DNA from: Escherichia coli
GTDB taxonomy: Bacteria; Pseudomonadota; Gammaproteobacteria; Enterobacterales; Enterobacteriaceae
DNA length: 64,000 nt
Strand: one strand, 5' to 3'
Assembly: GCF_965641715.1 (NCBI RefSeq)
Contig: NZ_OZ282453.1
The notes under the pieces were generated by a model, which ran no database searches, was not told the DNA's origin, and saw only the letters and a list, made by a program, of their open reading frames with translations. Made by a program: the position numbers and the translations under genes. The stretch's first letter is position 1. Every line of letters starts with the position of its first letter. Below, one piece after another: positions 57,386 to 64,000 of the stretch.

Positions 57386-59580
57386 AATTTGATAAACCCG
57401 CAGGGGAAAACCCGATCGATCAGCTGAAGGTTGTCGGTCGTCCCTATGACCGCATCGACGGACCGCTGAAAACTACCGGCACGGCACGCTACGCCTACGA
57501 ATGGTTTGAAGAAGCTCCCAACGCCGCCTATGGCTATATCGTCGGTTCCGCCATTGCCAAAGGACGCCTCACCGCCCTTGATACGGACGCCGCGCAAAAA
57601 GCGCCGGGCGTACTGGCTGTCATTACCGCCAGTAACGCCGGGGCACTCGGCAAAGGCGACAAAAACACCGCCAGGCTGTTAGGCGGTCCCACTATTGAGC
57701 ACTATCATCAGGCCATTGCGCTGGTAGTGGCCGAGACCTTCGAACAGGCGCGAGCGGCGGCCTCGCTGGTGCAGGCGCACTATCGCCGTAATAAAGGAGC
57801 TTACTCCCTGGCGGACGAAAAACAGGCCGTCAGTCAGCCGCCGGAAGACACGCCCGACAAAAACGTCGGTGACTTTGACGGGGCTTTCTCCTCCGCTGCG
57901 GTGAAGATTGATGCTACCTACACGACCCCGGACCAGAGCCATATGGCGATGGAGCCGCATGCCTCGATGGCCGTCTGGGATGGAAATAAGCTTACTCTCT
58001 GGACCTCAAATCAGATGATTGACTGGTGCCGCACCGATCTGGCAAAAACGCTGAAAGTGCCCGTGGAGAATGTGCGTATTATCTCCCCGTATATCGGCGG
58101 AGGGTTTGGCGGCAAGCTGTTCCTGAGAAGCGATGCGCTGCTGGCGGCCCTCGCCGCCCGAGCGGTGAAACGTCCGGTTAAAGTGATGCTCCCCCGCCCC
58201 TCTATTCCCAATAACACCACGCACCGCCCCGCCACCCTTCAGCACTTGCGTATCGGTGCCGACCAGAGCGGGAAAATCACCGCTATCTCACATGAAAGCT
58301 GGTCTGGAAACCTGCCCGGCGGCACGCCGGAAACGGCGGTACAGCAAAGCGAATTACTCTACGCCGGGGCAAACCGTCATACCGGCCTGCGGCTCGCCAC
58401 GCTTGATTTGCCGGAAGGGAACGCCATGCGTGCGCCCGGCGAAGCCCCCGGTCTGATGGCGCTCGAAATCGCGATCGACGAACTGGCGGAAAAAGCGGGC
58501 ATCGATCCCGTCGAGTTTCGCATCCTGAATGACACTCAGGTTGACCCCGCCGACCCGACGCGCCGCTTCTCTCGCCGTCAGCTTATCGAGTGCTTGCGCA
58601 CCGGAGCGGATAAATTTGGTTGGAAGCAGCGCAACGCCACACCCGGACAGGTGCGCGACGGGGAGTGGCTAGTCGGCCACGGCGTCGCGGCGGGCTTTCG
58701 CAATAATCTGCTGGAAAAATCGGGGGCTCGGGTTCACCTCGAACAAAACGGCACCGTTACCGTGGAAACGGACATGACCGACATTGGCACCGGCAGCTAC
58801 ACCATTCTGGCCCAGACGGCAGCGGAAATGCTTGGCGTACCGCTGGAGCAGGTTGCGGTTCACCTCGGCGATTCCAGTTTCCCGGTTTCTGCGGGTTCTG
58901 GTGGACAATGGGGCGCGAATACCTCCACCTCCGGCGTTTACGCCGCCTGTGTGAAGCTTCGCGAAATGATTGCCTCGGCAGTCGGGTTTGATCCTGAGCA
59001 GTCGCAGTTTGCCGACGGCAAGATTACCAACGGTACCCGAAGCGCCACGCTAAATGAGGCCACCGCAGGCGGCAGACTGACAGCGGAAGAGAGTATTGAA
59101 TTCGGAACACTGAGCAAGGAGTACCAGCAGTCGACCTTTGCCGGGCATTTTGTGGAGGTCGGCGTGCATAGCGCGACGGGAGAAGTTCGGGTCCGGCGTA
59201 TGCTCGCTGTGTGTGCTGCAGGACGCATCCTGAATCCGAAAACTGCACGCAGCCAGGTCATTGGCGCAATGACTATGGGCATGGGCGCGGCACTGATGGA
59301 GGAGCTGGCGGTGGATGACCGTTTGGGCTACTTCGTTAATCACGATATGGCGGGGTATGAGGTGCCGGTCCATGCGGATATCCCAAAACAGGAAGTGATT
59401 TTCCTGGATGATACCGACCCCATATCCTCCCCGATGAAGGCCAAAGGTGTCGGTGAGCTGGGCCTGTGCGGCGTGAGCGCGGCTATCGCCAACGCGGTGT
59501 ATAACGCCACCGGTATTCGGGTACGCGATTATCCCATCACTCTGGATAAGCTGCTCGATAAGCTGCCGGATGTGGTTTAA
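57382..59580 (+). CDS. paoC: Periplasmic aldehyde oxidoreductase, molybdopterin subunit
   Basis: 732 aa; xanthine-dehydrogenase-family MoCo-binding large subunit; 4-nt overlap with paoB. Confidence 0.92.
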   Translation: MKFDKPAGENPIDQLKVVGRPYDRIDGPLKTTGTARYAYEWFEEAPNAAYGYIVGSAIAKGRLTALDTDAAQKAPGVLAVITASNAGALGKGDKNTARLLGGPTIEHYHQAIALVVAETFEQARAAASLVQAHYRRNKGAYSLADEKQAVSQPPEDTPDKNVGDFDGAFSSAAVKIDATYTTPDQSHMAMEPHASMAVWDGNKLTLWTSNQMIDWCRTDLAKTLKVPVENVRIISPYIGGGFGGKLFLRSDALLAALAARAVKRPVKVMLPRPSIPNNTTHRPATLQHLRIGADQSGKITAISHESWSGNLPGGTPETAVQQSELLYAGANRHTGLRLATLDLPEGNAMRAPGEAPGLMALEIAIDELAEKAGIDPVEFRILNDTQVDPADPTRRFSRRQLIECLRTGADKFGWKQRNATPGQVRDGEWLVGHGVAAGFRNNLLEKSGARVHLEQNGTVTVETDMTDIGTGSYTILAQTAAEMLGVPLEQVAVHLGDSSFPVSAGSGGQWGANTSTSGVYAACVKLREMIASAVGFDPEQSQFADGKITNGTRSATLNEATAGGRLTAEESIEFGTLSKEYQQSTFAGHFVEVGVHSATGEVRVRRMLAVCAAGRILNPKTARSQVIGAMTMGMGAALMEELAVDDRLGYFVNHDMAGYEVPVHADIPKQEVIFLDDTDPISSPMKAKGVGELGLCGVSAAIANAVYNATGIRVRDYPITLDKLLDKLPDVV

Positions 59581-59589
59581 GGAGGAACA

Positions 59590-60546
59590 ATGTCATACCC
59601 GCTTTTTGATAAAGACGAACACTGGCATAAGCCAGAGCAGGCGTTTCTCACCGATGACCACCGGACCATTCTGCGCTTCGCCGTAGAGGCGCTAATGTCC
59701 GGTAAAGGAGCGGTGCTGGTGACGCTGGTGGAGATACACGGCGGCGCGGCGCGCCCGCTCGGGGCGCAGATGGTGGTGCGCGAAGATGGTCGTTACTGCG
59801 GTTTTGTCTCTGGCGGCTGCGTGGAGGCCGCTGCCGCTTTTGAAGCGCTGGAGATGATGGGCTCAGGCCGCGATCGCGAAATTCGCTATGGTGAAGGTTC
59901 GCCGTGGTTTGACATCGTTCTGCCCTGCGGCGGTGGGATCACGCTGACGCTCCATAAACTACGCACGGCACAGCCTCTGCTCGCCGTGCTGAACCGCCTG
60001 GAACAGAGAAAACCGGCGGGTCTGCGCTACGATCCGCAAGCACAATCGCTGGTGTGCCTGCCCACGCAAACCCGGACGGGCTGGAATCTCAATGGCTTTG
60101 AGGTGGGGTTCAGGCCATGCGTCAGGCTGATGATTTACGGACGTTCTCTTGAGGCGCAGGCGACCGCGAGTCTTGCAGCAGCCACAGGCTATGACAGCCA
60201 TATCTTCGATCTTTTTCCGGCCTCAGCCAGCGCTCAGATCGATACCGATACGGCGGTCATTTTGCTGTGCCATGATCTCAACCGGGAGCTGCCAGTGTTG
60301 CAGGCCGCGCGAGAAGCAAAACCCTTTTATCTCGGCGCATTGGGCAGCTATCGAACCCACACGTTACGTCTGCAAAAGCTCCACGAGCTGGGATGGTCCA
60401 GGGAGGAGACAGCGCAAATCCGGGCGCCCGTCGGGATATTCCCCAAAGCCCGGGATGCGCATACTCTGGCACTCTCCGTGCTGGCAGAAGTCGCCTCTGT
60501 ACGTCTCCATCAGGAGGAGGATTCATGCCTGCCCCCGTCGTCCTGA
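59590..60546 (+). CDS. paoD: XdhC-like molybdenum cofactor insertion chaperone
   Basis: 318 aa immediately downstream of paoC. Confidence 0.88.
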   Translation: MSYPLFDKDEHWHKPEQAFLTDDHRTILRFAVEALMSGKGAVLVTLVEIHGGAARPLGAQMVVREDGRYCGFVSGGCVEAAAAFEALEMMGSGRDREIRYGEGSPWFDIVLPCGGGITLTLHKLRTAQPLLAVLNRLEQRKPAGLRYDPQAQSLVCLPTQTRTGWNLNGFEVGFRPCVRLMIYGRSLEAQATASLAAATGYDSHIFDLFPASASAQIDTDTAVILLCHDLNRELPVLQAAREAKPFYLGALGSYRTHTLRLQKLHELGWSREETAQIRAPVGIFPKARDAHTLALSVLAEVASVRLHQEEDSCLPPSS

Positions 60547-60653
60547 TCCTTGCGGCCGGGCGTGGAGAGCGCTTTCTCGCCTCTGGGGGAAATACCCATA
60601 AATTAAGAGAAAAAATCTGCAGTAGCCGTTTTAGAAAATCACCTAAATCGTTT

Positions 60654-60683
60654 AAAAGAGCGCCCAACCCATAGTGGGCGCTC
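60654..60683 (-). terminator. Intrinsic terminator after the MFS transporter gene (minus strand)
   Basis: 9-bp stem gagcgccca/tgggcgctc with 8-nt loop; on the minus strand it is followed by a TTTT run. Confidence 0.55.
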
Positions 60684-60726
60684 ATCGCCTTGGGTAACTT
60701 ATTCAGCAACGCGCGCCCTCGCCGGA

Positions 60727-61920
60727 CTAAAGCGCACCGGCCTTCTGGCGTGCGGTAACAAAGGTCAGTACGCCCGCGCAAAGGAGCAGCACACTACTCA
60801 TGGCAAACGTACTCTGCCAGCCAAGGCGGTCAAACACGATGCCTCCTGCCGTTGATCCAAGGGCGATTGAGAGCTGAATCACCGCGACCATGAGCCCGCC
60901 TCCGGCTTCGGCGTTGTCAGGCAACGTACGCGCAATCCATGTCCACCATCCGGTTGGCGCGGCGGTGGCCAGCATGCCCCAGAGTCCTAACAGCAGCGAG
61001 ACCGTCCAGACGTGATGCCCGGTAAGCATCAGACCGATGGCAATGACGGCCATCAGTCCGGGTATGGCCATCAGCGTGGGGTAGAATTTTCTGTTGAGAA
61101 ATGTCGAAACAACCAGCGTGCCAATAAAACCGGCCACGCCGATAATCAGCAAAATCAACGACAAGCCTAAGGAATTAACCCGTGTCACCGACTCCAGAAA
61201 CGGGCGCACATAGGTGAATAGCGCAAACTGCCCCATGAAAAACAGGCCACAAGCTATCATGCCGACCACAACCATGCGGCGGCTAAATAAGCGGAATACC
61301 GCGCCACATGACGTGTGGCTTTTATTCGCATCCATGCTGGGCAGACTAATGCACTGCCAGATAAAGGCGACAACCGCCATGGGCACCAGGCACAAGAAAG
61401 CGCCTCGCCATCCGACCGTAGCCCCCAGATAGCTTCCCAGCGGCGCGGCCACGACCGTCGCCAGCGCATTACCGGCGTTGAAAATCGCCAGCGCACGCGT
61501 GACCTGATGCTGCGGCACCAGACGAATCGCCGTTGCCGCTGACATCGACCAGAATCCGCCAATGGCCACACCAATCATCGCACGACCGACCATATACATC
61601 AGATAACTGGTAGCCAGCGCAATAATAAGCCCCGATACGGCCATCAGAACCGTCATCCCCAGCAGCAGGAACTTACGATTCATCTTTCCAGCTAGCGTTG
61701 AAAGCGTCAGGCTGGTCAGAACCGCCAGCGCGCCGGAGATAGCAATCCCCTGCCCTGCCAGCCCCTCCGTCACGCCTAAATCGCGGGTAATCGGCGTGAG
61801 CAGGCTGACGGGCATAAATTCAGAAGCAATCAGCACAAACACGCACAGGGTCATGGCAAAAATACCGCCCCAGTATGCGCGCTGATGATGAGGTGATAGT
61901 GTTTGGCTTAGTGTCGACAT
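60727..61920 (-). CDS. MFS transporter (DHA1-like efflux type)
   Basis: 397 aa, about 12 hydrophobic helices; 76 nt downstream of the hydrolase gene on the same strand. Confidence 0.8.
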   Translation of the reverse strand: MSTLSQTLSPHHQRAYWGGIFAMTLCVFVLIASEFMPVSLLTPITRDLGVTEGLAGQGIAISGALAVLTSLTLSTLAGKMNRKFLLLGMTVLMAVSGLIIALATSYLMYMVGRAMIGVAIGGFWSMSAATAIRLVPQHQVTRALAIFNAGNALATVVAAPLGSYLGATVGWRGAFLCLVPMAVVAFIWQCISLPSMDANKSHTSCGAVFRLFSRRMVVVGMIACGLFFMGQFALFTYVRPFLESVTRVNSLGLSLILLIIGVAGFIGTLVVSTFLNRKFYPTLMAIPGLMAVIAIGLMLTGHHVWTVSLLLGLWGMLATAAPTGWWTWIARTLPDNAEAGGGLMVAVIQLSIALGSTAGGIVFDRLGWQSTFAMSSVLLLCAGVLTFVTARQKAGAL

Positions 61921-61995
61921 AGTGAAATTTCACAAAGATCAGGATAAAAGCCACCGGCCATAGACCGGTGGCTTTGCATCAATTCAGGAGAGGTT

Positions 61996-63132
61996 TTATT
62001 TCAGTTTGGCCTGGAAAAATTGTTCGAACTTCGCGAAAGGTATTTTTCCGGCCACGTTATCGTACAGGTCCACGTGATTTGCTCCTGGTACCACCACCAG
62101 CTCTTTGTCGTTACTGCCAACCACCTTGTAAGCATCTTCAGCAAAATAGCGTGAATGCGCTTTCTCACCGGTCACAATCAGCGTCGGGATGGTGATTTCA
62201 CTGGCGTAGCTCAACAGCGGCATATTCATAAATGACAGCGGCATCGTTGCCGTCCACGCCCCGGTAGAGTTAACGGAACGTTCGTGGAAGCCGCGCGGCA
62301 TGCGATAGTAGTCAAAGAACTCTTTCAGTACCGGATGAGGATTTGCCGGCAGCGTTTCTGGCAGAATACGCTCGCCCGCACTGACCTTGCCGTTGCTATC
62401 GACATTAATATCATGACCACCGTGAGCGAACGTTCCGCTCTGCGCATCCTTCCAGCGCTGTTCATTCAGATATTGCAGAACAGCACGACGGTCGGCGGTA
62501 GAATAACGGTCTTCGCCATCCCCCACACCATGGCCCATCGCCCGGCTCATGTCATACATCACGCTGGTAGCAACCGCTTTAACGCGGGTATCCATCGCCA
62601 CGTCGTTCAGCGCCATGCCACCCCAGCCACAAATACCGAGCAGCCCGATACGGTTGCGATCTACCTCTTTTTGCAGCCCTAAGAAATCCACCGCCGCGCT
62701 GAAATCTTCAGTGTTGATATCCGGTGAGGCGACGTTTCGCGGATAGCCGCCGCTTTCCCCGGTGTAAGAAGGATCGAACGCCAGGGTAACAAACCCTCGT
62801 TCCGCCAGCGTCTGCGCATACAAGCCGCTGGATTGCTCTTTCACCGCGCCAAATGGCCCACTGACCGCAATCGCCGCCAGCTTGCGATCGCCACGGTCTT
62901 TAGGCAGGTAAAGATCGCCCACTAAGGTGATGCCATATCGGTTCGGGAACGATACTTTACGGTGATCGACTTTCTGGCTCTCGGCGAACGTTTTATCCCA
63001 TTTATCGGTCATGGACACAGGGGCATTAGGATTGGTTGAATCAGCATAACTCATTGTCGTGACTCCACTTAATGATGCGAAAAGCAGCATGGCCGGCATC
63101 GCGGTTTTTAGCGTTCGGGTGAAGGCTTTCAT
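61996..63132 (-). CDS. Secreted alpha/beta-fold hydrolase with Cys nucleophile, paralogue of 42276..43196
   Basis: start set at MKAFTRTL; signal peptide ending SYADS; shares KEQ-SG-Y, AFD-S, GICGxGG and HxDLYD motifs with the other hydrolase. Confidence 0.75.
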   Translation of the reverse strand: MKAFTRTLKTAMPAMLLFASLSGVTTMSYADSTNPNAPVSMTDKWDKTFAESQKVDHRKVSFPNRYGITLVGDLYLPKDRGDRKLAAIAVSGPFGAVKEQSSGLYAQTLAERGFVTLAFDPSYTGESGGYPRNVASPDINTEDFSAAVDFLGLQKEVDRNRIGLLGICGWGGMALNDVAMDTRVKAVATSVMYDMSRAMGHGVGDGEDRYSTADRRAVLQYLNEQRWKDAQSGTFAHGGHDINVDSNGKVSAGERILPETLPANPHPVLKEFFDYYRMPRGFHERSVNSTGAWTATMPLSFMNMPLLSYASEITIPTLIVTGEKAHSRYFAEDAYKVVGSNDKELVVVPGANHVDLYDNVAGKIPFAKFEQFFQAKLK

Positions 63133-63318
63133 AAAAATCCCCATAAAAAACAACAGAGAGATACAGGTTTCCGACGGACAACGCTGCGGTGCTTTACTTT
63201 GATGGGGTCATTATAGTGAGCAGAATTAGTGCTGATTAGGGGGCGATTAATGCTAAGATTAATACCATATTGTTATAAATTAATGCGAAGATTGCCGGCA
63301 TGAAGGGGGGATGTTTCA

Positions 63319-64000
63319 ATGGCGAAAAGGGAGAACTACAACGAGCTGTACCTGTTTATGCAGGTGGTTCGAGAAGGCAGCTTTACCGCAGCGGCTCAGC
63401 GGCTGGGTCTTGCTCAGTCAGGAGTCAGCCGTTCTGTTCGCGAGCTTGAAGAAAGGCTGGGTGTCCAGCTGCTAGTGCGCACCACGCGTAAACTGTCGCT
63501 GACACAAGCAGGCGAGCAGCTCTACCAGAAGACGGCATCTGGATTTGAAATGTTAGATCTTGGGCTTGCCACACTGGCGCACTATCGAGAGACGCCCTCC
63601 GGCACGGTGCGTATCAATGCCAGCCAGCACGCGATTGATAAATGCCTGCTGCCAAAGCTGGCGGTATTTAAACAGCGATATCCTGATATCCGGCTTGAAC
63701 TGATAAATGAGAGCCGGTTCGTCGATATCATCGAGGAAAGATTCGATGCAGGTGTCCGCCTGGGGCCTGAAGTCGGCCAGGGTATGGTCGCGGTACGCAT
63801 CACGCCCGATATGGAGATGGCAATTGTGGGGACTCCGGAACATTTTCGTCGCTATGGTTTTCCGCAAACTCCGGCGGATTTAAAGGCGCATCCCTGTATC
63901 GCCTATCAGTTTGCCGACGGCAGCGTATACCAGTGGGAACTCAATCAGGATGATAAAAAAATCACTCATCGCCCTGAAGGGCAATGGGCCCTATCCGACA
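63319..64000 (+). CDS. LysR-family transcriptional regulator (3' end beyond window)
   Basis: MAKRENYNELYLFMQVVREGSFTAAAQRLGLAQSGVSRSV HTH; runs off the window end; divergent from hydrolase-MFS. Confidence 0.8.
   Translation, partial: MAKRENYNELYLFMQVVREGSFTAAAQRLGLAQSGVSRSVRELEERLGVQLLVRTTRKLSLTQAGEQLYQKTASGFEMLDLGLATLAHYRETPSGTVRINASQHAIDKCLLPKLAVFKQRYPDIRLELINESRFVDIIEERFDAGVRLGPEVGQGMVAVRITPDMEMAIVGTPEHFRRYGFPQTPADLKAHPCIAYQFADGSVYQWELNQDDKKITHRPEGQWALSD

Noticed and set aside
60278-60781. 167-aa minus-strand ORF and 93-aa / 150-aa plus-strand ORFs spanning the paoD 3' end and the downstream spacer
   Set aside because: They overlap paoD in other frames or cover the terminator region, have Arg/Pro-rich low-complexity composition typical of GC-rich out-of-frame reads, and lack an RBS.

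Overview
This window reads as an Escherichia coli chromosomal segment running prpR, yahO-yahB, pdeL, betTIBA, ykgH, lutABC-like ykgEFG, rclRABC, ykgA, an intact eaeH/fdeC adhesin, ykgM-ykgO, ecpRABCDE, ykgJ, yagU, paoABCD and a LysR/hydrolase/MFS module. Gene identities come from reading the supplied ORF translations against remembered E. coli proteins and motifs; no database search was run. From memory, the order is colinear with the K-12 region around 0.3 Mb in inverted orientation, but without the IS3-associated truncation of eaeH. I recognise no rRNA, tRNA, CRISPR array, transposase, integrase, or obvious defence or toxin-antitoxin system. Non-coding features include a six-copy 93-bp REP/BIME array, a Zur box, several intrinsic terminators and a 22-bp tandem duplication. 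Nothing here is a clearly novel system; the least characterised biology is (1) the yahDEFG-yahIJ operon, which looks like a paralogue of the allantoin-cluster carbamoyltransferase/carbamate kinase module with unknown substrate, and (2) a redox/hydrolase island between eaeH and ykgM containing Cys-nucleophile hydrolase paralogues. Starts were adjusted where the ORF track clearly begins upstream at GTG/TTG.
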